From: Anthoceros angustus
Taxonomy: Eukaryota > Plantae > Anthocerotophyta
DNA length: 64,000 nt
Direction of reading: 5' to 3'
NCBI GenBank assembly: GCA_010909165.1
Contig: MU008187.1
Span: 128,247 to 192,246, forward strand
The notes below the pieces were generated by a model. That model saw only the letters and a program-made list of their open reading frames with translations, was not told the DNA's origin and ran no database searches. Numbering within the stretch: position 1 is the stretch's first letter; each line of letters starts with the position of its first letter. The position numbers and the translations under genes were made by a program. Positions 13,888 through 27,500 of this stretch are shown piece by piece.

Positions 13888-15722
13888 CAACATGATAATT
13901 TTTGAAGGGGGGGAATATAGTAACCCTCTTCGGTCGAAACAACACCCCCTTGTCACATTTTACACCCTTTCTGTGATAGCATATCTGCCAAGCTTTGATA
14001 ATGGGCATACCCTTTTTGAGTCCATACTTTTGATAACAGACGCACTTTCAATTCTACACCCCAGAACTAGAGCAGTGTAGGGCGCGGGCTCATCTGCATT
14101 CTTGTAGAAAGCGTAGTGGGCTACGGTTTGCATCTGTTTATTACAACCGAAAACATTTACTTTTCAAGTGGTGGAACATAATACAAATCATGCCTGTACT
14201 TGCGAGAGTCTCATTTCAGTATTTGTGAAAACCTTGTAACAAACAACTGCTAAAGGAGGAAGTGGTCATCAGCATCAACAATAGTTAGTCAAGAGGGCGG
14301 CCTGGCGAGTGTCCATGCCTTGCGCCGATACTGAGTCAAGGACCATCGCTAAATTCCGAAGGCGGTCCATATCCTCCGCGTCAAAGTTGTCATTCTCCTC
14401 CAATGCTTGCTCGTATTCATTAGTATAATTCTTGGGCTGAGCTTCAGATGGTGTCGAATGCCACACAGCATTTAGGGTCTGCTGACCCTCATGCAAAAGC
14501 TCGCCAGTCCTAGTTTTCAACCTTCTAGCACTCAATGCAACCACTTGGGCTTTAAGGCAATGCCAGCGTCCTTTAAATGAACAAAGTTGGTTGCCCATGC
14601 GCCCATGCTAGCGTCCTTAAAATCAACAAAGTTGGTTTACTAAGATGGAAGAGGTTTTGAACTCAAGACCTATATGTGGTTTTCACGTGCAGAAGTGGAT
14701 CATACAGCCCGACCGCTTCAAATGCCGGATGAAGCTTTGTTGGATGAGGCATTATTGAGGGACCTACCACAGCGTAATATGTACTTGGGGGCATATCAAA
14801 ATGCCGGAAGGCAACAACGGGAATGGCATGGATGAATGGGGATCACATAACGGAAATTCGGAAGAGGATGTTTCTGGCAGTGACGTGCACTACGGACACG
14901 CTTAACAGGCCATTCTGGATTGGGGAGGTCATTGACGCGAAGCTAGATGCATCACGACCTCACCTTTCTATCCACAGTGACCGGAGCATGATGCGTATTT
15001 AAGGGAGATATGTGCGTGAATACATAGTCCGTCAGAAAAGCAACCCATCCGGGTCCGATGCCGAGGAGAAAAGGGAATAAGGTCCATTACCCAAAAAACA
15101 TATAGGAGGTGTGGAATGAACAAATATCCCAGATTATGGGTTTGTGTTGAACGCACGGAAACATTTGTATGCGGTGGACAAAAAAGCGATAAGGGATAAG
15201 CTCTGCAAGTTGTGCAGCTTCATACAACCTGCGAGTCGAAGTGCCGGATAGTGATGGCAATGCTGGAGAAGTTGGACCAAGTGATGACGAAGGATTAAAC
15301 TCTGGGGATGAGTGAAACTCAAATCACGGATTGTCCCGAGGTCCCAGAGTGAATATTGTACGTCCGGTTCCAGATGTTACCGTGTTTTGGAGATACCTTG
15401 TCCGTGGCTTTTGTTGTATCCTTACTAAACCACATTTTCCTTCCGGAACTGAATTTATGGTGGTCCCTTCCCGGCAGAAACGGCTTTCCTTATAGGTCCC
15501 GCTTTGCATTAATCCAATAGGTTCGAGATTGCGACCACCATTCGACAGAGACATTGCTGGTTGGAAAGCAGCATCTTTATCGGGTGACACCTTTTTTTTC
15601 AAAGATGTTTTCCGGAATTAATAATAAACGCTATTTTAGGGCCCATCAAAAACCCCCTTCAGAGGTTATTTACGGAAAACCCCCATCGGGATTATTCACC
15701 CCCTTCAAAAATTATCATGTTG
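13888..15722. mobile_element. Non-autonomous TIR DNA transposon (~1.8 kb) with 29-bp TIRs
   Basis: Left CAACATGATAATTTTTGAAGGGGGGGAAT (13888-13916) vs right ATTCACCCCCTTCAAAAATTATCATGTTG (15694-15722): 28/29 inverted match. No clear TSD and no recognisable transposase inside. Confidence 0.8.
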
Positions 15723-16603
15723 AAGCATGCGTAACTTTCGTCTTCAGGCTCCTTTGGTGGCCTGTTATCATTCTAGGTTCGTGGCTGTGCCATTTGAGGC
15801 TTGGTTTGCAGTGTGGCTTGCTACTATATACACAAGTGTGTCAATCAGTATCGGCCACTGCAGTTGCGCGTGTACTCTCTACAGTATATGATTTTAATAG
15901 TATGTCTCAGTGTGCAATAACAAAGGAACTTCTCATGCAGGCACATCCAGAAGATTGAAAGCTAGCAGTGCTTGCCAGGCGATCTCGTAATCTAGCAACA
16001 AAATTACTCAGACGTTGTTCCAATGGGGCTATGGTCCCCGCATCACCATACCGATTACTCGATCATGCAATTATTGTTTGCTGTTCTAGAATGTTCAGAA
16101 AGTAATAGGCCTTTTGTTGTAGGGAAAGTGGACCCCGAAAAGAATAAGATCGGCCGCACAACATTGCGCTTGTTGAATGGTCCAAGGCCAAGACGGCAAG
16201 GTGTAGATTAGACGTTTTCCTATATCACAATGTGTGCTTTGCGTGGTGTAATATGATCATGCAAATAGTATGTCTCAGTGTGCATTGACAACAGAACCTC
16301 TCATGTAGGCACATCCCGAGGATTAAAAGCTGGTAGTGCTCGGAATCAAGCAACGAGTCCAGGTTATCGACGATGTTTCTTCATAGGTATGGTCGTGTGT
16401 GCCACAGACCTCTGCATGCCGGTTACTCGATCATGCAATTATTGTTTGATGTTCTAGAATGCGTTTGGAAAGTGACAGCCCCGACGCAATGGTATAAGGT
16501 CAATTTGTCTTTTTCTTTCTTTGACTTTACTTGATGTTCTCTTCCTTTTATCTGATATCATTGTTTTGGAGAAAGCGACTACAGGAGTGTCCAGCAAGAC
16601 AAT

Positions 16604-18150
16604 ATGGAAAGTGCACCGCTAAACAAACAAGTTCCCGACCATGGGGATCCAAGATATGGCAACAGACCGAAGATGGAGCTTCCACTCCTAGAAATACGAA
16701 AAATCGTCGAGAAAGGTAAGAATAGCTTTCTTGTTTCCTTTTCCCTTGTCTATATGACTAATAATAATTGTCCCTTCCAATCGTTTCAGAACATACTATG
16801 TTTTTATCCATAAACAAACAAGACTTGCAGCTCCTTCGCGCGATGCCTTATGAACTCAACAAAATTAAGAAGGTAAAATTAAGTCTCATGACTGGAATAT
16901 TGACATTTCATTTCCTTATAATACTCGCTTTCTAATTATCATTTTTCATTCTTCAGAAGATAAAAAAGAATTTTCGCACAACAGCTCAGTTAGAGTTGGA
17001 GACTCTGACTCTTGTCAACAGATTCAATGAGCATCAACTTTCTGTTGAATCGCTGTTGGAGGTATTTATAAACCAATTCTTTAGCATATTTAATAAAGTT
17101 GGGAAACTTATAGAGGTGTGTAATAGATTGCTGCAGAACAGGCAGCTGCGGCAAAGGAAATCAAGGACAAAATAGATATCGTTGATAGAAAATCGACAAT
17201 GTTGGCTCCCATCAGGTGAGGCAAATATCACTCTTATTTCGCTTTGAGGTTTACATACTTACCTAACTTCATTCTCACTTTATGTAGAGTCAAAAAGGCA
17301 AGCGGAAAATGAGCTTGATGCTTAGGCACCAAAGTATGGCCCTAACCAAGAATTTTCTGAATTTGGCAAATGGATGGAGAACTACCAATATCCCAAAATA
17401 TTCCAAAATTTCAAAAACAAGTATGTTCCTATTGGGGAACATAATATTCAAGTTCTAGTAGAGTCAATCCTCAAGGAAGATGGCTCCACTCCAACACTTC
17501 AGGAACATAGGGAGATTCAAATGAGTGAGTAATCTTCTTTCTTTCGAATTAGCTCTACAATATTTTGCTGCAATTAAACTGCAATATCTTTACTGTTTAA
17601 TCATATTCTGCAATATCTTTACTGTTTTATCATATTTCTGAGATTGCAATTGCACTTGAAAACAAAGAGCTCAAAACCAAAGATTTGCTGGCTCTCATGG
17701 AGGATCTGGAGACAACAAAGAATATTAAAAAGGTAAATCATGGCTATTTCATTTTCTTTAGACAAGATGTAAATTGTAACGTAAATGTATGTGCTTTCCA
17801 GAACTTGCGATCACACTTCCGTAGTATTGGAAATCTCCACAGCACTTGTTTAACATTGGTCAACAAGGTATATACAAAGCAGAATCAACTTTGACTTGAA
17901 ATGGAGGTTAGTGACTAACTTGTTTGCACCGTTTGTAGTTTTCGGAGAGCCAAAAGGAGTTATTCGCACTCTTTGAGGTTAGTGCATGAGGTTAAAAAAT
18001 ATTTAGTGCATGCTAAATTCTGATGAGAAATACTTTGGTTGCAGAAATACTCCCATATGAATGAAAATTTGAAAATAATAATTTTTCTTTCTGGACCATA
18101 TAACTATCAAAGAAGAAACTATTATTATGAAGAAGAAGCATCACCAAATG
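16604..18150 (+). CDS. Putative spliced gene or pseudogene of unknown function (AT-rich, many short introns)
   Basis: ATG at 16604. GT-AG splicing keeps the frame open over the first exons: MESAPL...IVEK/EHTMFLSINKQDLQLLRAMPYELNKIKK/KIKKNFRTT...LLE/IAAEQAAAAKEIKDKIDIV. Later exons and the 3' end are uncertain. Confidence 0.45.
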
Positions 18151-18359
18151 ACATGCAGAAATAGCCGTTTACACTCCGTCAATGCCGGTGGAAGACAATT
18201 AAAATATAGTTTCCAACAAACTGTTCAAAGTTACCAACGAACCGTTATAAAGGTGGTTAAAGACCTGGTAAAAACTAAGCACTTGCGAACTTGTGAAAGT
18301 GCTTTAATCTTAAGAAGAGAAAAAAATATTATACATCGGGTACACCAAGCAACAACTCT

Positions 18360-18409
18360 TGAATTTTCTAACAGACCGAGGCGGGAGCCTCGGTCTGTTA
18401 GAAAATTCA
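18360..18409. other. Perfect 23-bp hairpin with a GGGA loop
   Basis: TGAATTTTCTAACAGACCGAGGC-ggga-GCCTCGGTCTGTTAGAAAATTCA. Confidence 0.95.
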
Positions 18410-18431
18410 GCCGCTAGCGCCCTTACGCCAA

Positions 18432-18495
18432 GGAACGGACGCGCGTCGGGGCCGCGACCGTTCTCGACAGTGACGCCCCGACGCGCGTCCGTTCC
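18432..18495. other. Perfect 21-bp GC-rich hairpin with a 22-nt loop
   Basis: GGAACGGACGCGCGTCGGGGC ... GCCCCGACGCGCGTCCGTTCC. Confidence 0.95.
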
Positions 18496-18555
18496 CTAAT
18501 ACTTGCACCTTGCGTTGTGGGGCATGCTCCTCAAAAGTCCTTCAAGCAGCGCTGC

Positions 18556-21500
18556 TCAGTGGGAGTCTTTGCTTCTGGCGAGCACGTGCTCCGGCTGTTC
18601 CTCATAAAAATACGTGCCGTGATAACCATAGGGAACTCGCTGCGGAAGTTGCAGCTTTGCAGCAGGCTCTCCGCTGAAGTTCTGTGCATCTATGATGTAC
18701 AACTGCAACACATCAACGCCCCTTTTCTTGTGAGGATAGGAACACCACATGGCCTTGTGCTGAGTCCTGAATACATACTAATTTCAAAGCATAAGGTTGG
18801 GTGGGATGGGACGGAGCAAAAGGCCGGTCTTACGTAGGAGATTCCTGCTTCCTCGTTGTGAACATAGGCAACCACCCATCCGTCATCCTCGTCCTGGGAA
18901 TTGGGCCTTGCCACAAAGGATGGTTCTGACACTCCCCAGCCGGTTCCCAGGTCATGAAACTCCACCTTCAACTCCTGAAGGCAACAAGTGCTCAGCAGAT
19001 TACATAGTCAGTTGGAGCATCAATGCTACTACAACTGGCTGTTAAAACATTCCGAAATGCAGCGAACCTCCTTTGCAGATTGTGGGAATGTCAGCTTGGC
19101 CCAACCTTTCATAGGGGGGACACCTGCAAGATCACGCACGTACAGCTGTAACAATCGCCAGGGACAATTAAGAACTGGATGGAGAACAGTGTATGGTCAA
19201 TTGTGGGCAGTGCATACTAGTATATTCCCTCGCCTTTTCCGTGTTGCACAGAGTCATGTAGCCGTATTTGTTCTTGATACCGGTGTAAGAATGGTTTATG
19301 GTTGGACATTCCCCAGAGAAGGTGTATCCCGAGAGATCACGCTCCGAAACATCACCTGTGCCCAGAAAAGGGTTGCCGTTGAACGATACCATTTACAAAG
19401 GGCTGCTGGGCCTAGCTTCGTGTTGTGATGTTCAGGAAAGGTACCTGTAACCATATTAAAGCGCCACTCGTAGACATACCCGGCCAGGGATCCGTCCATG
19501 GCAGGATCCGGTGCATGTTTAGGATCCACATTCTGCAGACCCCGAGCCCACCACTCCTTTCGATCTGCTTCGTTTGGCAAAGGAATGATGGGTCTTCTTG
19601 ACCGGACCCCAATCACTACAACCTACCCCATGATTCACATGATTATGGCGTCAATCGATATCAGCTCGGTTTCAGGAGAATCCAAAATGCATGGCCAGAA
19701 TGGAATCGATTCTTCCAGAATGGTGAAACAAGTCCTCACCTCGTCACCATCCTCGAAGGAATTCACCTTGTGCCACGAGTGGCCTGCCTCTACAGGAAAC
19801 CACTTTGTAGACTTGCTGTCACCATAGCGAGGGAGTATCCCAACTCGGCATGCGTAATTCTCTTCAAACTCCACCAGGCTGCGATCCAGCAGCCGAGCAG
19901 GTTCAGAGCAGGCACGAAGGGTTTGGGTGCGCCAGGCGGTTGCTGTAGATGCTCACCTTCCTCCTCTCAAGAGGCGACACACGTTGATGACGAGAGGAAA
20001 GTCGAAGAAGATAGTGTAGCTGCAAGAGGAAACACCACCACTGTCACTCCGCATTGAGCTTGCAACTTCCGGCATCGTCCCGCGCACGAATGAAATGAAC
20101 AGACCGTCTTGTGATGGCAAGCTCGTGGCAAAAGACACAGCGGTCCAGCTCCAAGTCGATTTTATGTACTAGCCTGTCACCATCAGCTGCACATCCCAGT
20201 GCCATCCACAGTTTCAAGTCCTCGTAACTGTATTTGTGTGACAAGGGGAGCGGGAGCATGCCAAACACGTAGTTCTCACCAGACCATACTGCAAGCTGGC
20301 AATAGGGCCTGAAGGGGCTGAAGCCAAAGATGACCAGCTCCTTCGTTTCTGGGTCACGCTGAACACATTTGTAACCACAATCACGTAAGAATTGTCTGAC
20401 ATAATATTCCCAGGGAAGAGAGCTCCGGGTGGAATTCATGACTGGCACGTAGATGCTTTACCTGGGGGTGAGACGTGACGCGACGGGTCCATTGGCCGTT
20501 ACAGCCATCCCAGGCAGCGATGGTGGTAAGGTCTGACAGATTGAACTCGTGGGGAAGGTCGCCTTCAGCAATGGCGAAGTACCTTCCAGCGTGTTGGAAC
20601 ACATGAGTATTGCATGTGGGCTTGGTCACCTTAAAAAACCGCATCTCCATGGGGACACATTCACGACAGCGGCATGTGGAGTGAGCGCAGTTGCTGACTC
20701 AGTCTACAGGTGCATGATGGTGATGGTGGTGGTGATGGATACCAGGTTGAAGAAATGGCTCAGGGCGATAGCCCCAGCATCCCCATGGAAGGACGTCAAC
20801 CAAACGCGCCCTCCTCTCTCCTTTTCAAGCTCGTAGCATTCCGTGCTAACATATCTGTTGAGGTAAGCAGCCGTTCCTCCCTCCTCGAAGTAGGTTGCGT
20901 GAAGCATCCCATCAGCCTCAAATGGGTGGTACTCCAGTAATCCGAAGGGGCTACTCATGCCGTTCCCTCCAAACTGAGGATTGGGACCTGCACAGCCAGC
21001 GCCACTCTGCTCCATTCAAACTCCCTCCCATCCCCGACAGTGACAGACAGTCTTCAGACCCCTCTTCGGGTCAGAGAAATTTGCACATGACTGGTGAACA
21101 TGTTCCCAGGCCACTCACCATTCCTAACGTACACTCCAGGTGGGAAGTCTGTCGGAATGGCCCCAGACACCACCCGCACCGCCGTCTTCTTCCCAATCTC
21201 CGCCACAGGAGCCCAATTCTCCTGCAGACACGCATTTCAGTATTGTTCTCTTTCCAGTGTCAGAAACGTGCAGAACCTGCAACTGCCAAAGAATGGGCAC
21301 CGGATTCCCAATCTGAACAGACTTGTCATGCACTACTACCACCCACCGCGAAATGATTGACAGAGAACTGTGCTTCTTTGAACAGCGAGTGCGCCACTTG
21401 AGTCAGAACCCGCTCCCTGACGCCGTTGGCAATTCTTCCAATCTTCTGCAACAAATTCACCTGTTTCTGAACAGGCTTCACAAAGCTGGGCTCGGAAGCT

Positions 21501-21821
21501 CCCTCAACAACAGCCTGACGGCGCGAATCATGGACATCCCGCCAAGCAGCTGGCTCCTCTATCTCAAGTACTCGGCAGCGTACATCCGCTCCTCGCGCTT
21601 CCTGCAGTGACACATCCAGGCTTTAATCAAATTTGATCTTCGCACCACTGCCCGCATCCGAAATGAACCTGTACTGATCCAATCGCGCCAAACCCACAAA
21701 CCGTTTTGAGAGGCGGACACCAGGATTGCCCCCTGAAGCTCAGCAGTGTGGAGTCGGTCGGAGAAGTTGGACATGTCCCACTTCCGGGGAGCCTCCGTGC
21801 AAGGTGCGGAGCAGAAGCCAT
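18556..21821 (-). CDS. Carotenoid cleavage dioxygenase, CCD-like/ZAS (CCD10)-type, copy A; ~14 exons, transit-peptide-like N-terminus
   Basis: Spliced peptide 'ENWAPVAEIG..VVSGAIPTDFPPGVYVRNGPNPQFG...EADGMLHATYF...NTHVFQHAG...TSHP...FCHELAIT...GILPRYGD...WHKVNSFEDGDE...YEWRFNMVTG...PTIN...EDDGWVVAYVHNE...LPQRVPYGYHG'. All four Fe-binding His residues are present. Introns are GT-AG. Confidence 0.93.
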
Positions 21822-22899
21822 GGCCGATTCCAACGTCAACGCAAGCGTGTCTGCCCGCGCACTCCTGGTGATGGAGAACAGCGTAATTTGAAGAGGAGGA
21901 GAGTGCAGCAATCTGATGAAGAGGAGGAGGCTGTGGCAGTCGCAGTCAGCCGACTGAGTGCCGTGCGCCTGCTGCTGTGGAGGTTGAGCAGGTTCCGGTT
22001 CTGTGGATCCAGGATTTGCATGGAAGAAGAAGAAGTAGACTCTTATAGTCCCTCGAACAGAATTGTTCCATCCTGTTTCAACTTGACCCATAGGGGACTT
22101 GCACTAAGGGCATCCACTAAACACCAACAGCTCTAAATACCCCATCGAAGTACCTATCTAAGCGCAGGATGCTTAACAGAGGCGTTCCTATACATGTGTG
22201 TCCATTGGGCCCAAGAAGGTTACCCACCAACTTCTCTGTTCCCACGGAGTATCTCATCGATTTTTCAAGGTTACCGACTGGATCCTTGAGCTTGAGTACC
22301 GAGCAGCTCCACAAGTCTAACAGTCTCCTTGGGAAGTTTGGGACCAAGGTGGGGCCCCGGGCTCGGGAGCCGACAGTCTTGGGTGATACACCCAAACACG
22401 TAGGTCTCTGTTTTGTGGCGGGCCGGTGTGGTATGTGTTGTGTGCCCTGGCCCTCTAGTCTTCGTTTTGATCTGTCCGGACCATGTGCCGGGCTCGTTGT
22501 CCATCTCATCTTCAAAAAGTTTTGAAAAGAAGCGCAGACGCAGTGATTAAGAATGCTGCAAAAACCATGCCTGCACGAGGTTTGTGGCTTTGGATAGCAG
22601 CGTCTCATGTCGAACGTTGAGGACCACTCCTCACCCAACGCTGGCGGGGGCATTGTGCCATCGCCTTACGCACGTTGCACATTATTGGCGATCAATGTAG
22701 GAGTCCCATGTGGAGCTGAATGACTGAAATTGAAAATGAATGGACTCTGTGGTTTTGCTTACATAACAATAAGGAAAGGTGCCCATGGTGTCCTTGCGTG
22801 AGGAGGCCATGTGAGGAGTGAGGAGGGATGTGGGGTTCATGGGGGGAGATGCTGGCGCCGCCGCCGCAGCAACAGTACTGCATGTACTCCGACATTTTT

Positions 22900-23620
22900 A
22901 TGTCATGAAAGCTCACATGTTTTACACATGTGGCTTCGTCAAGTCTGAAATGCAGAATCTGAGGTGAGTCGGTGGAATGAGTGACTTACCTCCGCCAGGA
23001 ACTGCTTTTCTCTATCCTGAGTTCTCTTCAACTATTTTTATATGCATCCTGGCTGTCTTCGAAATGCTTTCGCGCTACGTCTAAGAAATGTTGTGCCGCC
23101 TGTTCTTTTCTCGTGGATGGCTTGGTTGCTGACAGGAACATGCGAGGATGATGTGCATGCAGAAAAAAGAATGGACTGACATTTTTGGACGCATTCAGTG
23201 CATGGTAGCGGCAAATGCCACAAGATGCAGGTAGTCATTCCACTTCTCCTGGTGCCTGTGACTACACATCCTTAGCATCACTTCACATGTTTGATTCGCT
23301 TTCTCCGCCTCACCTTCAGTCTCTGGATGATGAGCGGCTGTTTTTAAACCCTGACATGGCAAGCTTGATGGCAGCATGCTCAGACTGGATTTTGGGTATT
23401 TGAGTCTGGGGGAGTTGAGAGGTCCGCTTGACCGTGCCCTCTCTCTGCTGCCTTGGGTTTGAGATGTGGAATGTGATGTCTTGTCTTCACTTGGACAGAT
23501 GATTGTTACGATTAGTCCTACCTACTATTAAGGGAGACCGATTTTGTGCAAGCTCACTTGGACCGATACTTGTTATGAGAGCCCGGCTTGATGATGTAAC
23601 TCTTACGCTCATCTGACGGA
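22900..23620 (-). pseudogene. Decayed Ty3/gypsy integrase fragment between the CCD copies
   Basis: 'TAAHHPETEGEAEKANQTCEVMLR...WNDYLHLVAFA' resembles the gypsy integrase motif 'YHPQTDGQTERVNQ.LE.YLR...W...L...EFAYN'. Confidence 0.7.
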
Positions 23621-24526
23621 TTCAAAGTTGCAGGCCGTGCGTTGGCAGAATTGCAGGCCCTCCATCTGTTAATCCGTGCTGGAGGGGAGTGAGATGCAGA
23701 ACATACAAAGACCTCTTCCTGGGTTTCATTTCCCGAGCATGTCCAATACAGGATTGAACAAGTGGATATGCAGATCTCGTCTCATATATCTGTTAGGCCC
23801 CAATAAAACACATTGCAGCCCCATTTCTTCTTCTTCACTCCAATTCTCTACTCGCATTATACTCTCTTGCTAGCATGCAACTGTGTGCTCACTCCAGATG
23901 CCGCTGTCATGAATGTTATGGTGCTGGTGATGGAACCCATGTTGAGGAGATAGCTCGGGGAGGTGATAGCTCCAGACATCCTCAACATCCTCTGGAAGGA
24001 TGTTGAAACCAAAAGTTTTGTGGAGGGACCATAGTGAAGACATGACACATGCACTGCTGCAACACTCAAAGGGCTTCTTCGCATTCGTCTTTCTTCCTTT
24101 CAAGTCTTTGGATCTGGAACCTAGTTCGGCACCTCTTTGCCTTCATGGTTTGTTTCGATCTTGTATTTCTTGCTGGACTGAGTTCATCCGTTGTCTGGAA
24201 AACCAAGAACCTCCTTTTTTTCCTTTATCTCGTCTTCCTCTACTGTGAGAAGATGGCTGACATTCACACTTTCAGCATTCACTAGAGCACAAATCTGTGA
24301 GTCTATGTGAAACACCTGTTGCAGTAATCGAGCTAGCCATGGAAGTTGTGAGCATGTCAAAGTGCCTCATCAAAGTGCCCAGTTATGCCTTCTCACATGT
24401 GTGGCAGTATCTTTTTCATGGTACGAGCTAGTCTAGGTGACTGTCCAGGTTCAAAGCGCTTTCAGGCGATGGACTTTCAAACCCTACTTGCACCTTGCGT
24501 TGTGGGGCATGCTCCACAAAAGTCCT

Positions 24527-27500
24527 TCAAGCAGCGCTGCTCAGTGGGAAGTCTTTGCTTCTGGCGAGCACGTGCTCCGGCTGTTCCTCATAAAAATACG
24601 TGCCGTGATAACCATAGGGAACTCGCTGCGGAAGTTGCAGCTTTGCCACAGGCTCTCCGCTGAAGTTCTGTGCATCTATGATGTACAACTGCAACACCTC
24701 AACGCCCATTTTGTTGTCAGGATTAAATCTACAGGGTTACCATATGGCATTGTGCTGGACTACAATTTCTAAGCACAAGGTTGGGTGGGATGGGACGGAG
24801 CAGACGGTCGGTCTTACGTAGGAGATCCCTGCTTCCTCGTTGTGAACATAGGCAACCACCCATCCGTCATCCTCGGCCTGGGGATTGGGTCTTGCCACAA
24901 AGGATGGTTCTGAGACTCCCCAGCCGGTTCCCAGGTCGTGAAACTCTGCCTTCAACTCCTGCAGGCAACAAGACTAGTGCTCAGCAGACTAACAGCTTAA
25001 ATGGAGCATCACTGCTACTGCAGCTGGCTGTTGTGCGGAACTTCGAAATGCAGAGAACCTCCTTTTCAGACTGCGGGATTGTCAGCTTGGCCCAACCTCC
25101 CAAAGAAGAAACACCTACAAGATCCCGCACGCACAGCTTTAACACTTGCCAGAGACAAGAACTGTGTGAGGGTAATTGTGGCCAGTGCATACCAGTTTCC
25201 CTCGCCTTTTCTGGATTGGACAGAGTCATGTAACCGTATTTGTTCTTCACACCGGTGTAAGAACGGTTTATGGTCGGATATTCCCCAGAGAAGCTGTATC
25301 CCGAGAGATCACGCTCTGAAACATCCCCTGTGCCCAGAAAAGGGTTGCAATTAAACGATATCTTCTTCCTCTGATCACATGCAAACGCTCTCACAAAGGT
25401 CTGCTGTGCCTGGCTTCGTGTTGTGATGTTCAGGAACGGTACCTGTAACCATATTAAAGCGCCACTCATGGACATAACCGGCCAGGGCTCCGTCAATGGC
25501 AGGATCTGTGGCATGTTTTGGATCCACATTCTGCAGACCCCGAGCCCACCACTGCTTTCGATCTGCTTCCTTTGGCAACGGGATGATAGATCTCCTTGCC
25601 CGAACCCCAATCACTACAACCTACCCCATGGTTCACATGAGTATGGCATCAATCAGCTCAGTGTCAAGAGAATCCAAAATGCATGTCCAAAATGCTCGTG
25701 AAGCTAGTCCTCACCTCGTCACCATCCTCGAAGGAGTTCACCTTGTGCCACGAGAAGCCCGTCTCTACAGGGAACCACTTCGTAGACTTGCTGTCTCCGT
25801 AGCGGGGGAGTATTCCAACTCGGGATGGGCCATTCGCTTGGAAATCCACCAGGCTGTGATCCAGTACAGCAGATTTAATTCAGAGCAGGCACGAAGGGAT
25901 TGAGTGCGCCTGGCCGCTGCTGTAGATGCTCACCTTCCTCCTCTGATGAGGCGATCCACGTCGATGCCAAGAGGAAAGTCGAAGAAGATATTATAGCTGC
26001 AAGGGCAAACACCACCACTGTCACTCGGCATTGAGCTTGAAACTTTCGGCATCGTCCCGCACCAATGAAGTGAGCAGACCGTCTTGTGATGGCAAGTTCG
26101 TGGCAGAAGGGGCAGTGGTCTAACTCCAAGTTGATCTTATGAACTAGCCTTTCACCATCAGCTGCACATCCCAGTGCCATCTATCGTTTTCAAGTCTCTG
26201 CAATTGGACTTGTGAAACAAGAAGAATTGTGCTTGTGTGACAGGGAGAGCGGGAGCATGTTAAACACGTAAGTCTTACCAGACCATATTCCAATCTCGAA
26301 ATACGGCTTGAAGGGGCTGAAGCCAAAGATGACCAGCTCGTTCGTTTCTGGGTCAAGCTGAAGATATTCACGACAGCCACCTACCTATTGTCTTAGATGC
26401 CCAGGGAAGAGAGCTCTGGGCGGAATTCATGACTGGAGGCAGATGTCTTACCAGAGGGTGAGCAGTGAAGGGACGGTTCCATTCGCCGTTACAGCCATCC
26501 CAGACAGCGATGGTGGTCAGGTCTGACAGATTGAACTCATGGGGAAGGTCGCCTTCAGCAATGGCGAAGTACCTTCCAGCGTGTTGGAACACATGAGTAT
26601 TGGATGTTGCCTTGTTCACCTTGCCAAACCGCAGCTACAGGCGGACACATTCACGACCGCGGCATCTGGAGTGAGCACAAGTGCTGACTCAATAACCAAC
26701 AGGTGCATGATGGTGATGGTGCTGGTGATGGATACCATGTTGAGGAGGTAGCTCAGGGCGATAGCCCCAGAATCCCCCTGGAAGGACGTCAACCAAACAG
26801 GCCTTCCTCTCTCCTTTTCAAGCTCGTAGCCTTCCGTGCTCACATATCTGTTGAGGTAAGCAGCCTTTCCTCCCTCCTCGAAGTAGGTTGCGTGAAGCAT
26901 TCCATCAGCCTCAAATGCGTGGTACTCCACTAATCCCAAGGGACTGCTCATGCACTTCCCTCCAAATTGGGGATTGGGACCTGCACAGCCAGCGCCACTC
27001 TGCTCCATTCAAAATCCTCCCATCTCCGACAGACCGTGTTGAAACCCCTCGTCGGATTAGAGCAATTTGCACAAGTCCCGAGGCCACTCACCATTCCTAA
27101 CGTGCACTCCAGGTGGGAAGTCTGTCGGAATGGCCCCAGACACCACCCGCACCGCCGTCTTCTCCCCAATCTCTGCCACAGGAGCCCAATTCCCCTGAAG
27201 ACACGCACTTCAACATTATTCTCTACACTTCCAGAAACGTGAGCCTGCAACTGCCAATTTGAAAGCACGGGCTCCGGATAATTCCCAATCTCAACACACT
27301 TGTCCCACTACAACCACCCACCGCGAACTGATAGTCGGAGAATTCTACTTCTCTGAACAGCAAGTGCGTCACTTCACTCAGAACCCGCTCTTTCACCTCG
27401 TTGGCGAGACTTCCAATCCTCTGCAACAATTCGGCCTCTTTCTGAACACGGTTCACAAAGCTGGGCCTGAAAGCTTCCTCCACAACAGCCTGAAGGCGCG

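Noticed and set aside
15895-16480. Diverged direct repeats (~15895-16130 vs ~16265-16480; ~13535-13625 vs ~15727-15825)
   Set aside because: Old local duplications with no coding or structural signal.
18556-18570. Different C-termini of CCD-A (SKDSH*) and CCD-B (SKDFPLSSAA*)
   Set aside because: A single-base indel after the last conserved motif; it may be a consensus error and is probably not functional.
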